Shown one piece after another: positions 19,472 to 29,949 of a stretch of DNA of 64,000 nucleotides. Under the pieces are notes generated by a model, which had not been told where the DNA came from, ran no database searches, and saw only the letters and a program-made list of their open reading frames with translations. Positions within the stretch are counted from its first letter, which is position 1, and every line of letters begins with the position of its first letter. Position numbers and translations under genes: made by a program. Location of the stretch: NCBI GenBank assembly GCA_963734545.1, contig CAVTHO010000006.1:430527-494526 (forward strand), given 5' to 3'. The DNA comes from an uncultured Spirochaetota bacterium. Lineage in GTDB: Bacteria > Spirochaetota > Spirochaetia > SZUA-6 > Fen-1364.

Positions 19472-20863
19472 TCACTCGCCTTTCGGTGCCTCTGCCTGGC
19501 TGGCGACCCCGCCCGCCGGTCCCTGGAACCCCGGCCGGTACCAGTCCACCCTGCGCGTGAGAAGCATGACGAGAGCCAGGATGAGGAACAGGCCGATGGA
19601 GCCGAAGAGGAGCGCGTAGTCCTCCGAGTTGAGAACCACGGCCAGGAAGCCGTACGCTGCCCCGAGCACGGGAAGCATGACCATGCCTTTCCTCCAGCTC
19701 CGCACGATCGCTGCCGTATACGCCGTGATCAGGCCGGTCGCGCAGACGCCGGCAATGCCGTAGGCCAGCCCGAAAGCAATGTGCTCGGACAGCGACAGGA
19801 GCAGGAAGTAGAAGATGCAGTTGGCGAATCCAACGAAGAGGTACTGCAGCGGGTGGATCCGCCCGGTGGAAAACACCTCGAACAGGAAAAGGGTGAAGAA
19901 CGGGAGGAAGAGGAACAGAAGGCCGTACTTGAGCGCCCGCGTTACCTTGAGATAGGTGTCCACCGGGGTCATGAGGCTCACGCCGAACCCGGAGCTCCGC
20001 ACTGTTTGAGGCTCGATCTCGCCGCCCATCCATCGCTGGGGATATGCGCGGGCCATGGAGATCACCCTCCACTCCGCGTCGAACCCCTGGTCGGTGAGGG
20101 AGCGGGAGGCCGGCAGATACGCGCCGTTGAAGTTCGGGCTCTTCCACGGGGAAGAAATCCGTACGACTGTCTGGTCTCCCAGGGGGAGGAACCCGAGCGA
20201 GCCCCCGCCGTGCAATGCCAGATCGAACGAGAAGGGGATGTCGCGCGCGCTCTCTCCCCGTGCCGTGCGGATGTCGGGGAGGGCGACCCTGATCTCTCCT
20301 GCGAACATGCCCACGCTCCCTTTTCCAGACTGAAACTCCCTCTTGCTCCCCTGCCATTTCAGGGTCACACGCTCCTGCAGCGCCCTCATGTCGGGGATCT
20401 CCACGGACAGGACGGCCTCGTCCCAGAGAATTGCTGCGGGGCTCACCCGCCAGCCGGAGAAGTCGGGCGCGCGGAAGGAGCCGCTTATTGCGAGGGTGGT
20501 CCCGTAGAGGGTGACCTCGTACATGCCGCGCCGTCTCGTTTCCGGATTCACTTTCCCTTCGATGAGGAGTGAGTCAGGAAGGAAATGGGCGGCTTCCACC
20601 GTCTCCACCCTCTTGCCTCTCACATCGAGGGTATGCACGACATAGGGCACCGTGAGGATCGGCCCCGCGATGGTCTGTTCTCCGCCCCAGGATTGCATGA
20701 TTTCGGATTCGGTCTCCGCCCTTCTCTGCTCCCGCTCGCGCACGAGGCCCTGGACCACGAGCAGGGGCAGAAGAAGCACGAGCAGCAGGATGCCGATCAC
20801 CACCAGCCTGACAATGACGGAGTGCGTGCGCGCGGCCCGCGCGAGTGTACCGGTCGATTTCAT
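19472..20863 (-). CDS. creD: Inner membrane protein CreD
   Basis: EIMQSWGGEQTIAGP, RRRGMYEV, WKSPNFNGAYLP, RALKYG, IHPLQY, LLLSLSEHI, EDYALLFGS, TRRVDWY. Confidence 0.92.
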   Translation of the reverse strand: MKSTGTLARAARTHSVIVRLVVIGILLLVLLLPLLVVQGLVREREQRRAETESEIMQSWGGEQTIAGPILTVPYVVHTLDVRGKRVETVEAAHFLPDSLLIEGKVNPETRRRGMYEVTLYGTTLAISGSFRAPDFSGWRVSPAAILWDEAVLSVEIPDMRALQERVTLKWQGSKREFQSGKGSVGMFAGEIRVALPDIRTARGESARDIPFSFDLALHGGGSLGFLPLGDQTVVRISSPWKSPNFNGAYLPASRSLTDQGFDAEWRVISMARAYPQRWMGGEIEPQTVRSSGFGVSLMTPVDTYLKVTRALKYGLLFLFLPFFTLFLFEVFSTGRIHPLQYLFVGFANCIFYFLLLSLSEHIAFGLAYGIAGVCATGLITAYTAAIVRSWRKGMVMLPVLGAAYGFLAVVLNSEDYALLFGSIGLFLILALVMLLTRRVDWYRPGFQGPAGGVASQAEAPKGE

Positions 20864-20958
20864 TCGTCTCTCCTTTCATATCGAGATGCATGTTGCCACG
20901 GACTGTAGCGCGACGAATGTGCCGGTACTTCTCGATAGTGTAAATTCTTTGCGGGGAA

Positions 20959-21978
20959 TTATGTCTTTATTGTGGCGAGAGCGAGCCCGGCCCGATTGGC
21001 GCCGATGATCCTTTCGGAAAGGGCGTTGAAAGCGTCATCCACGGTGCATCTTTCAGGGTGCTTTTCGAACCAGCGCACAGACTCCACGATCCCCTCCGCA
21101 AAAGGCACGGTTGCCGTGAAGCCGGGCACGAAGGTCTTGATCTTGGTCGTGTCGAACAGGGCGCAATTCGCCTTATCCCCGACGAGGCTGCCCCGGTCAG
21201 GAGGGCTCGCCGCGGCGATGAAATCAGAGGCGATGTGGACGATATCCGGCGCGGCGCCCGCCGCGTGCCCGATCGCATTCGTGACCTGGTTCCAGCTCAA
21301 GGCCTCGTCTGACGTGATATGAAACGCGTGGCCCACCGCGTGAATGTTGCCCATCAGCCCGACAAAGCCCTTTGCGAAATCCGTGTTGTGGGTCAGGGTA
21401 AACAGCGCCGTTCCATCTCCCGGTACGATGACCTGTCTGCCCCTGCGCATGCGATCCACGAGCGTCCAGGGATGGTTCCAGCTCATGAATCCCGCGGGAA
21501 TTGTGGTGACGCCGTAGGTGAAATTGGGCCGGACAATGGTGACGGGAAAAGCGTTTTCCCGGTATTCCCGCATGAGACGATCCTCGCAGGCGATCTTGTC
21601 CCTGCTGTACTGCCAGTAAGGATTGGCCAGCGGAGTGGACTCGGTGATGAGAGAGTGAGCCGGCGGCTTCTGGTATGCGCTTGCCGAGCTGATGAAGATG
21701 TACTGCCGGGTCCTGCCGCTGAAGAGTGTGATGTCGGCCTCGACCTGGTCCGGTGTGTACGCAATCCAGTCCACGACCACGTCGAACGCGTGACCCTCGA
21801 GCGCGGCAGCCATTGCCCGGGCGTCCTTCACATCGGCGACGATCTCTCTCGCGCCCCCGGGCACGAACTCACGGCGCTGTCCGCGATTGAGCAGATACAG
21901 CTCCATGCCCTTCTCCGTCACGAGCGGAGAGACGGCCGAGCTGATGAGCCCTGTGCCGCCGATGAAAAGCACCTTCAT
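20959..21978 (-). CDS. Atypical NAD-dependent epimerase/SDR
   Basis: LFIGGTGLISS, FISSASAY, YSRDK. Confidence 0.85.
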   Translation of the reverse strand: MKVLFIGGTGLISSAVSPLVTEKGMELYLLNRGQRREFVPGGAREIVADVKDARAMAAALEGHAFDVVVDWIAYTPDQVEADITLFSGRTRQYIFISSASAYQKPPAHSLITESTPLANPYWQYSRDKIACEDRLMREYRENAFPVTIVRPNFTYGVTTIPAGFMSWNHPWTLVDRMRRGRQVIVPGDGTALFTLTHNTDFAKGFVGLMGNIHAVGHAFHITSDEALSWNQVTNAIGHAAGAAPDIVHIASDFIAAASPPDRGSLVGDKANCALFDTTKIKTFVPGFTATVPFAEGIVESVRWFEKHPERCTVDDAFNALSERIIGANRAGLALATIKT

Positions 21979-22310
21979 GGGTTATCTCTCCTCTTCGGCG
22001 CTGCGCGAAGCCCCTTGAGAAGGTGCCGCGCCCCGCGCACCGGGTGCGAGAGGAGCATGCGCGGCCCGGAGTATCGCATGACCTTTCGGACAGCTTCCCG
22101 CATGTCAGGCTTGTAGCAGTGGGTGGGGCAGCGCGCGCACGTGGGCTTCTCCTCCCCCCATGGGCAGCGCTCCAGGCGCGCCTCGGAGTACTCGGCCAGC
22201 CGGGCGCAATCCTCGCAGAGGAAGCCCTGCTGCAGGTGCCCGTGGGCCGCGCGGCAGTAGATCTGGATCATGAGCCGGACGGTTTTTCGCTCTTCCTCGC
22301 GGGGCTTCAT
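21975..22310 (-). CDS. ygbA: YgbA-family (nitrous oxide-stimulated promoter) Cys-rich protein
   Basis: MIQIYC..H..LCEDC..L..Y...RLERCP.GEEKPTCARCPTHCYKP..RE.VRKVMRYSGPRMLLSHP. Confidence 0.88.
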   Translation of the reverse strand: MKPREEERKTVRLMIQIYCRAAHGHLQQGFLCEDCARLAEYSEARLERCPWGEEKPTCARCPTHCYKPDMREAVRKVMRYSGPRMLLSHPVRGARHLLKGLRAAPKRRDNP

Positions 22311-22342
22311 TTGCCGAGGGTACCTCAAGGCGCGCCGGTGTT

Positions 22343-23848
22343 CTACAGCGTGTTCTCCCGCGTTGCCGTGGCGCGCTTCATGTTCTTCAGCACGCGCTGC
22401 GTCTCGGTGATGACGACCTCCACGAGGATGACGATGAGGATCGCCATCTGCGGCACGAATGTCTCCCAGGTCGAGGTCATGCCCAGGATGTTCACGGCAG
22501 GAAGCCCGGAGGCGATATGGGTGGGGAGAATGCCCACCAGCTGCAGGGAGTGGATGCTCTGGCCCGCGATCTTGAACGCCAGGTAGTAGATCAGCACGGT
22601 GGCGACGAGAAAGAAGTAGTGCAGGGGAAGGCGCACGCTGAATCGAATGATGAGGAACCCGATGATCACGAGCAGCGCAAAGGCGCCGAGGATCCCTGCC
22701 AGGAGTGACAGCAGGGGGATGGCAGGCGCTATCCCGATATAGAAGACAACGGTTTCGGCTCCTTCCCTCAACACGGCGAGGAATGAAAGAAGGAAGAGCG
22801 ACCACATGCTCCCCGCCGCTATCGCGCCGCCGACCTTGTTCTTCATGAACGTGTTCCAGGCCTGCAGGCCCGAGCGCCGGTGCAGCCAGGCGCCCACCGT
22901 CACCATCAGCGCCACCGAGGCCAGCCCGACGAACCCTTCGGTACCCTCACGCGTCGCGCCCGCGGCCGCCGTGATCACGAGCCCCAGGACCACCGCCAGA
23001 ACGGCGCTGGAAAGAAGCCCGGCGCCGGCGCCGGCCCATACCCATCTGGCGCCGCCCCTGGTTTCCGTCTTTCTGAGCATGGCCAGGAGCGCGGCCAGAA
23101 GGAGGAGCGCCTCCATGCCTTCGCGGAGCAGGATGAGGCCCGCATCCCACACCGTGTACCCTGCCTTCTGCCGGACGTCCTCGAGCTGTCCGGTCATGGT
23201 GGCGATGAGGTCAGCGGCATGACCGCGGGCGGAGGGGCCGGAGAGCAGGAGCGCCGCCGCTCGGGTCATCTCGGCTTCCACCTCGGTGTACACTATCGTC
23301 GAGCGGCTCTTCACCTCTCCTTCCACCTGGGGCCACAAGCCGATGAAGCTTTGAATCAGGTCCGATGCCTGGTCCTCGTCACCCGCTGAAAGAGCTGCCC
23401 CTGCCTGCTGGAGGAGCCTCAGGAGAGCTGAAACGCCCTGTTTTCCGGAAGACGCCGCGGGTGAGCCGGCTCCGCTCCCATAGTCGCGAACCGCTCGTGC
23501 GAGTCCCTCGAGGGCTCCCTCCGCGCGCGCGATGTCGGGGGGCTCCGCTTCCAGCGCGGCTGCCGCGCGGCTGGATTCGACCTCGATTTGCGCGTAGACA
23601 TCAGGATCGGCCGCGCGTACTCCATCCTCCACTTTCGACCAGACAGGCTCGAATTGCCTGAGAGTTTCTGCCGCGCCGGCAGGGTCTTTCGCCTGGAGAG
23701 ATTGCAGGGATTCCGCCGCGATCCGGCTTATGCCGTCGAGCAGTTCCCGGTCCGATGCGCCTGCCCTCGCGGCCAGAACCAGAAACAGCGTGGTCATTAG
23801 AATCGATGTGATGGTTCGAGGTAAGATCTTTTTTTCAGCGTGCTTCAC
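22343..23848 (-). CDS. FTR1/EfeU-type iron permease with two periplasmic helical repeats
   Basis: Two REGxE motifs (LREGME, LREGAE), signal peptide, repeated W..VE..V....Y..E units. Confidence 0.9.
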   Translation of the reverse strand: MKHAEKKILPRTITSILMTTLFLVLAARAGASDRELLDGISRIAAESLQSLQAKDPAGAAETLRQFEPVWSKVEDGVRAADPDVYAQIEVESSRAAAALEAEPPDIARAEGALEGLARAVRDYGSGAGSPAASSGKQGVSALLRLLQQAGAALSAGDEDQASDLIQSFIGLWPQVEGEVKSRSTIVYTEVEAEMTRAAALLLSGPSARGHAADLIATMTGQLEDVRQKAGYTVWDAGLILLREGMEALLLLAALLAMLRKTETRGGARWVWAGAGAGLLSSAVLAVVLGLVITAAAGATREGTEGFVGLASVALMVTVGAWLHRRSGLQAWNTFMKNKVGGAIAAGSMWSLFLLSFLAVLREGAETVVFYIGIAPAIPLLSLLAGILGAFALLVIIGFLIIRFSVRLPLHYFFLVATVLIYYLAFKIAGQSIHSLQLVGILPTHIASGLPAVNILGMTSTWETFVPQMAILIVILVEVVITETQRVLKNMKRATATRENTL

Positions 23849-23865
23849 ATGGGTCTCGTTTCAAT

Positions 23866-23890
23866 AAATCTGACTATTTTGGTCAGGAAT
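23866..23890. promoter_or_regulatory. Rrf2/IscR-type operator in the FTR1 promoter
   Basis: AAATCTGACTATTTTGGTCAGGAAT (CTGAC-N7-GTCAG) directly downstream of a minus-strand TTGACA at 23891-23896. Confidence 0.6.
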
Positions 23891-23932
23891 TGTCAAGAGT
23901 TAATAGGCATTAATTTTCAGGCCGCCTGCTTC

Positions 23933-24208
23933 TCACCAGCAGGCACGCGCGCTCGACCGCATGGCCTCGGCCGACGCCGGCAGGCGGAAGAGCGAGCCGC
24001 GCGCCTCCGTCCGTTCGGTTGTCTTCAGCCCTCCTTCTCCGCCGCGCAGGAACTCGACGCAGAGCCCCCGGACCTTGCGCACCTCCAGGCATTCGCCTGC
24101 CTGGAGGATCATGTCGCCGCTTCCCTGCCAGGTGATCCAGCAGCTTCCTCGTGAACAGCTCACCTTCGCGTACTTGATCTTTCTCCTCCAGATCAGCTTC
24201 TTTTCCAT
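23933..24208 (-). CDS. Small DUF2917-like protein
   Basis: VSCSRGSCWIT...GDMILQAGE pattern; AGGAGG RBS; divergent from MocR. Confidence 0.6.
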   Translation of the reverse strand: MEKKLIWRRKIKYAKVSCSRGSCWITWQGSGDMILQAGECLEVRKVRGLCVEFLRGGEGGLKTTERTEARGSLFRLPASAEAMRSSARACW

Positions 24209-24375
24209 TCGTGTGTCCTCCTGACGCGCACAATGTCGACCGCGGAACGCGAATCGGGTAGGAATAGCGGGAACGAAAATGCCGCGCACACGACTGCGAA
24301 GCGCCATACTGTGTCCGTTTTCCGGCGCCGCATCTGTGTCTTGCCCGTGCATGCGTGTTATGTGCAAATTCGCGC

Positions 24376-25817
24376 ATGACGATCTACCAGCAGGTCGAGC
24401 ATCGAATCATGGCTCTCATCGACAGCGGCGTGCTGCGCAACGGGGAGAAGATCCCGTCGCTGCGCATGTTGAGCGAGCAGCTCAAGGTGAGCGTCAACAC
24501 GGTCCGCGAGGCGTACGAGAGGCTGGAGAACAGGCACTACATCGAGGCTGTCCCCCAGTCAGGCTACTACGTGCGGTCTGTCAGCCCCTCGTCCTCAAAG
24601 AAAAAGGACCTTCGTCCTCAGGAGCTCGATCCACGAGAAGTGGGCTTCTGCCAGGTGTACGATGCAATGAAGTGCGCCGAAGGCTCCTCCGAGCTGGTTC
24701 AGCTCGGTGCCGGCGTCCTTGACCGGGAGCTCTGCCGGAGAAAAAGATCGCCCGCTCCTACCAGCAGGCCATTCAGCGGTTTCCCGCCGAGGCATTCGAC
24801 TACATCATGGCACCCGGGTACCTCCCCCTGAGGGAACAGATCGCCCTGCTCGGTGTGCACGCGGGCCTGCAGGTTTCCCCCGATGACCTGATCATCACGA
24901 ATGGGTGCCAGGAGGCGGTCTGTCTCAGCCTGATGGCCACGTGCAAGCCGGGGGATCTGGTGGCGGTGGAGAGCCCCTTCTATTTCAACTTCCTCTCCCT
25001 CCTGGACCGGCTCGGCATCACGCCGGTGGAGATACCGGGCACCGCGGATGAAGGAATCAATCTGGATGTCCTCCAGTTCGTGCTGGAACGCAATCCGATC
25101 AAGGCCGTCTTCGTCATCAGCAATTTCACCAACCCCACCGGGGCGGTGCTTCCCACGGCAAAAAAGAAAAGATTGCTCGATATGATGCAGAAGTTCGACA
25201 TCCCGCTGATCGAAGACGACATCTACGGGGACCTGGCATTCCGGGGCAGGCCGGATACCTGCAAGGGATACGACACGGACGGCAGGGTGATTCTCTGCTC
25301 TTCGTTCTCGAAGACCATCTCACCGGGAGTTCGCATCGGGTGGACCGCACCGGGGAAATACTACGACGAGGTAATGAGACTGAAGACCGTGATCAATATA
25401 GGAAGCGCATCCGTGGACCAGATCGCCCTCTCGATATTCCTGCAGCAGGGAGGGTACGAGCGGCACCTGCGACGAATCCGTCAAGCGGTGAAGGAATCAG
25501 TCGAGGCCGCGCGGCGCGCCGTGCAGGAATATTTTCCGCCCGGAACGATCGTGACCGACCCGCAGGGGGGATCATTTCTCTGGGTCACCCTTCCATCCGA
25601 CTACGACACAATGGACCTCTACTTCCGGGCGCTGTCGGAAAACATCCTTTTCGCTCCCGGATGCCTCTTTACCCGCACCGGGGGATTCGGCAACTCCCTG
25701 CGCATCAACGCGGGCAGCTGGAACCTCCGCACCGAGCGCGCCATCCGCAGGCTCGGCGCCATGCTCGCGGAAGAGCCCGCCGCCGTATCCCGCGGATTCG
25801 AAGCAGCTCAGCGCTGA
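24376..25817 (+). CDS. MocR/GabR-family regulator (GntR HTH + PLP aminotransferase domain), apparent frameshift near 24733
   Basis: GEKIPSLR..SEQLKVSVNTV..AY..LE; ITNGCQEA, NPTGA, LIEDDIYG, SFSKTISPG.RIGW. The frames join if one C is restored in ctc|tg. Confidence 0.88.
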
Positions 25818-26803
25818 GTCTGCATCCGCAGAAGCCGCCGCGGTGCGCGCTCCGCGGCCGCGTCCAGCAGCGCGTCGCCGCGCTGGCCGAGGAAGACGTC
25901 CATTCCCGCGGGGGATGCCCCCTGATACACCGCCTCCATCGACTCCAGAAAGCTTTCATGTCCGCGCCAGAATGGAAAGCTTCCCAGCCGGGCGAGCAGG
26001 GGAGAGGCGGAAGGCGCTTCATCGGTGCGGGAAAATGCGAACTCTTCGTTCGTGCCCCAGAAAATGTCGGGGTGGGCGGGGAGCGGGGCGGGTGCGTCGG
26101 CGGACGGAGCCGTCGACACGGCCCCGGGTGACCCTGCAGCGGGCCCGCCGGCATCCGCCGTCCCGGCACCAGGTGTCACGCGCGTTCTTCGTCGGCGGGG
26201 GCCTCCCGCACCGGCGGACTTCCCCAGCGCCTCCAGGAGCTCCTCCCGCCCCATGCCCCGCAGACGGAAGAGGAGGAAAGGGTCCCGGTCGAACTCCTCC
26301 CCCAGGAGGTAGTACACCGCCGCGATGTGCTTGCAGGGGTTGGACCAGTCCGGGCAGGTGCAATGCGTTTCCAGCTCCTTCAGGCTGGCGGGAAAAAGGG
26401 AGAGCTTCACGCTGTCGAACGCTCTCTCGATATCCCGGGGCATCTCTCCGTTGAGGAGCCGGGCGGTGAACCCCGCCTCGGAAGCCATGGCGGCGACGGC
26501 TCTCTTCCACGCCGCGGCGGGGATCCGCTTCACGCCGAGACTCACCTTGTACGGATGCGAGCGGGATCCCTGCACGAGGGCGGCGGCCTTCCCCTTCTGA
26601 ATATCAATGGAGATCACCTGGCCGCGCCGCGCGTAGTGCTTCCCCCGGGAGAGCCGGGATTCCCGGTCGAAGCTTTCGAGGACGTCGACCCATCTTCTGG
26701 CCCACCAGCTCTTGGCAAAGCTTCCCACCTTGGACTGTGCCTTGATTCCTCCCCTGACCCTGCGCGGGCTCTCCGCCTCGTACCAGTAGCCGCGGTACTT
26801 CAT
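25808..26803 (-). CDS. SWIM zinc-finger protein (SNF2 partner)
   Basis: SWWARRW, RLSRGKHYAR.G.V, VQGSR..PY.V, CTCPDWSNPCKH, FDRDPF. Confidence 0.9.
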   Translation of the reverse strand: MKYRGYWYEAESPRRVRGGIKAQSKVGSFAKSWWARRWVDVLESFDRESRLSRGKHYARRGQVISIDIQKGKAAALVQGSRSHPYKVSLGVKRIPAAAWKRAVAAMASEAGFTARLLNGEMPRDIERAFDSVKLSLFPASLKELETHCTCPDWSNPCKHIAAVYYLLGEEFDRDPFLLFRLRGMGREELLEALGKSAGAGGPRRRRTRVTPGAGTADAGGPAAGSPGAVSTAPSADAPAPLPAHPDIFWGTNEEFAFSRTDEAPSASPLLARLGSFPFWRGHESFLESMEAVYQGASPAGMDVFLGQRGDALLDAAAERAPRRLLRMQTQR

Positions 26804-26804
26804 C

Positions 26805-29800
26805 TCATCCCCCCTGCACTTCGGCCCGGAGCCGGAAAATACCGCGGATCTCGGCGTTGGAGAGCTCCGTCAGCCACTTCTCCCCGGCGCCGATCACCGA
26901 ACCCGCCACTTCCTTCTTACGCTCGATCAGCTCATCGATGTGCTCCTCGATGGTGCCGGAGCAGATGAATGCGTGCACCTCGACGTTCTTCGTCTGGCCG
27001 ATGCGATACACGCGGTCGGTGGCCTGGCTCTCCACGGCGGGGTTCCACCAGCGGTCGAAATGGAAGACATGATTGGCGCGGGTCAGATTCAGGCCCGTGC
27101 CCCCCGCCTTGAGAGAAAGGATGAAGAAGTGCGGCGCCTTCTCGTCGGTCTGGAAGCGTTCGACCATGCCGTCCCGCCGGGTCCGCGGCACCCCGCCGTG
27201 GAGGAATGGCACCTCTTCCCCGAAGGTCTCCTCGAGGTGGGTCCGCAGGATCTCACCCATCTCCGCGTACTGGCTGAAGATGAGCGCCCGCTCGTCGCCC
27301 TCCATCACCTCCTCCAGCATCTCCGTCAGTCGCTGCAGCTTGCCGGAACGGCCGGCGATCGGGGAGTTGTCCTTGAGGAAATGGGCGGGATGATTGAGGA
27401 CCTGCTTCAGCTTGGTGAGGGTGGACAGGATCACCGCCTTGCGCGCGATCTTCTCGGCATCCTTCAAGGCATTTTCCGCCTCGTCCACCACGGCCTTGTA
27501 GAGAGTGGCCTGTTCCCGGGTGATCGTGCACCAGACCTTCATTTCCAGTTTTTCCGGCAGATCGGAGATGACCGTCGGGTCCGTCTTCACGCGGCGCAGA
27601 ATGAACGGCCCCGTGAGCCGCTTCAGCGTGGCCGCGGCTTCCTGGTCCCTGCTGGCCTGGATGGGGATGAAGAACCGGCGCTTGAACTCCGCCGGCGTTC
27701 CCAGGAGGCCGGGATTCAGGAACTCCATGATCGACCACAGGTCCCCCACGTGATTTTCCACGGGCGTGCCGGTGAGGACCATGCGATTGCCCGCCGAGAG
27801 GGAGCGCACTGCCCGCGCCTGCCGTGTCTCGGGATTCTTGATGTTCTGAGCCTCGTCGAGGATCACCCCCGCCCACTGAATCCCGGCGAGGTGCTCCCGG
27901 TCCCTGTGCACCAGGCTGTAGGTGGAAACGACGAGGGCCTGGCGCGCCGCTTCCTCCCGGAGGGACTCGCCTTTCTTCCTGTCGACGCCATGATGCACGA
28001 TCACCGGCAGAGCGGGAGTGAATCGCGCCGCTTCCTTCTTCCAGTTTGCCACAACCGAGGTCGGGCACACGAGGAGGAAGGGGCTCTTCTCCCCCCGCTC
28101 GCGCCGGGCCTGGATGAATGCGAGCGCCTGCACGGTCTTTCCCAGGCCCATGTCATCCGCGAGACAGGCGCCCAGGCCCCAGTCTCCGAGGAAAGAGAGC
28201 CACGAGTATCCCCTGGACTGGTACGGACGGAGGGTTCCCTGGAACCCGGCCGGCGCGGGAAGCTCCTCGAATTGTCGGTCTCCCCGCAGGCGTTCCAGCA
28301 GCCCGCCGATCCACCCGGTTGCCTGAACGCCCCTGAACTCCATGCCCGCCACAGCGGCCGACGTGCCCAGGGAGAGCGAGAGAAGATCGCGCGCCTTCAT
28401 GCGGCCGCCGGCTTTTCCTTTCCAGAATGCGAGCGCTGTCGTGATCTCCTCCGCGTTCATTGCCACCCACTGCCCGCGCACCTTCACCAGGGGCGCCTTC
28501 AGCGCGGCAAAGGTCTCCAGCTCCTTGCGGGTGAGCAGCTGGTCCCCGAGGGCAACCTCCCAGCGCACGTCGAGCATTTTTTCCAGCGTCATGCCTGCCG
28601 TTCCGTGCAGTGCCTCCGGGCTGTCCACCCGCGCGCGGACGCTGAGCCGGGCCCGTCCTCCCTTGCGCGTCCACCAGGAAGGAAGCAGGACCCCGAAGCC
28701 TGCCCGGTCCAGCAGGGCCGATTCCGAGGAGAGGAAGTCATAGGCGCCCCGCTCATCGAGTGAATAGCCGCCGGGCAGTGTCCTGCTGAGACTGCGCTCG
28801 ACACCGGCGCTCAGCACGGACGCGCGGCCCAGGGCGGACAGCACCGCCTCCCGCAGACGGGCGGATCCTGCCGCGCCCCCCGCCTCGATTCCGCGCAAAA
28901 AGGCGCGCTTCCCTCCGGCGCCGAAGGCCTCGGGAAGGGTCATGAGGAGGCTCATGTCGTCCACCGGGTGCACGAGGTAGCGCACATACCAGGCCCCGTC
29001 GGGGTCCCCGTCCTGGTTTTCCGGCGGTTCTTCGAGACGGAAGCAGAGACGGTAGGGTGATCGAACAGTGTGGGAAAGGGGCTTTCGCCATTCGGCGATC
29101 TGGCCCTGCAGCTCCTGTATCTCCCCGGGAGATGCATCGAGCATCGCGCTCCGAGCGCTCAATACGTGCATCCACTGGTCGTGCAGGCTGTCGTGGACCC
29201 GCAGGTCGGGTCCCTGCGCGAGGCCGGCGCGTGCCGCGTGGGCCGGGCGCCCCGCGGTCACGGCGCCCGGGGCCCGGGCCGTGCTCCGCACGATCGCGTC
29301 CACCGCGCCCGCGAGGAACCGGTCGAGAGCACGAGAAGGGGCTGTGGCGGGCGGCTCCCCCGGCCCGGTCGAAAGCGCACGGGCAGCAGGCGGCATCAAG
29401 GCGGCAAGGCGCGCCATGGTCTGTCGGTCCTCTCCATCGATGACCGGCTCCCACACTGCGGCGAATGAGCCCGCGGCCCTTCCGGAGGCTTGCTCACCCT
29501 CTCTCTCCTCGATGCCGGGGAGGTACGCTTTCTTGTGGACGAGAAGCCCGGCGAACCTCAGCGCATTCGTCCAGAACCGAAGATCATTGCCGATGAGCAT
29601 GCCGGGCGCGAGCATCTTTTTTCCCATGCATGAGCACAGCAGGTCCACCGCGGCGTTCCAGGAAAGGCGGAGGCAATCGATGCGGTGTGGCTCGAGACGC
29701 GCCTTTGCGTGTGAGGGAGGCGTGCCCGGCGCGGCGTTGAGCATGGGACTCGATGCGACGGGCACTCCGCTGAGAGAAGGAATCCACGCGAACGCCGAAA

Positions 29801-29921
29801 CCCGCGTGCTTTCCCTGCGCAGGGGAGCGAGAATGGAATCGGCATCCCTCACGGCATCCGCTGACGGCTCGGTCCAAAGGAGAAGAGAGCGGTCCAGGAG
29901 GCCGGCATGGAGAACGCGCAT
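26805..29921 (-). CDS. SNF2-family helicase/ATPase (DUF3670 type)
   Basis: LRPYQ, LADDMGLGKT, LDEAQNIKN, LTGTPVEN, SLKAGGTGLNL, DRWWNPAVESQATDR. Confidence 0.95.
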   Translation of the reverse strand: MRVLHAGLLDRSLLLWTEPSADAVRDADSILAPLRRESTRVSAFAWIPSLSGVPVASSPMLNAAPGTPPSHAKARLEPHRIDCLRLSWNAAVDLLCSCMGKKMLAPGMLIGNDLRFWTNALRFAGLLVHKKAYLPGIEEREGEQASGRAAGSFAAVWEPVIDGEDRQTMARLAALMPPAARALSTGPGEPPATAPSRALDRFLAGAVDAIVRSTARAPGAVTAGRPAHAARAGLAQGPDLRVHDSLHDQWMHVLSARSAMLDASPGEIQELQGQIAEWRKPLSHTVRSPYRLCFRLEEPPENQDGDPDGAWYVRYLVHPVDDMSLLMTLPEAFGAGGKRAFLRGIEAGGAAGSARLREAVLSALGRASVLSAGVERSLSRTLPGGYSLDERGAYDFLSSESALLDRAGFGVLLPSWWTRKGGRARLSVRARVDSPEALHGTAGMTLEKMLDVRWEVALGDQLLTRKELETFAALKAPLVKVRGQWVAMNAEEITTALAFWKGKAGGRMKARDLLSLSLGTSAAVAGMEFRGVQATGWIGGLLERLRGDRQFEELPAPAGFQGTLRPYQSRGYSWLSFLGDWGLGACLADDMGLGKTVQALAFIQARRERGEKSPFLLVCPTSVVANWKKEAARFTPALPVIVHHGVDRKKGESLREEAARQALVVSTYSLVHRDREHLAGIQWAGVILDEAQNIKNPETRQARAVRSLSAGNRMVLTGTPVENHVGDLWSIMEFLNPGLLGTPAEFKRRFFIPIQASRDQEAAATLKRLTGPFILRRVKTDPTVISDLPEKLEMKVWCTITREQATLYKAVVDEAENALKDAEKIARKAVILSTLTKLKQVLNHPAHFLKDNSPIAGRSGKLQRLTEMLEEVMEGDERALIFSQYAEMGEILRTHLEETFGEEVPFLHGGVPRTRRDGMVERFQTDEKAPHFFILSLKAGGTGLNLTRANHVFHFDRWWNPAVESQATDRVYRIGQTKNVEVHAFICSGTIEEHIDELIERKKEVAGSVIGAGEKWLTELSNAEIRGIFRLRAEVQGG

Positions 29922-29949
29922 GATGCGATACTATCTCCGGATGACGGGA

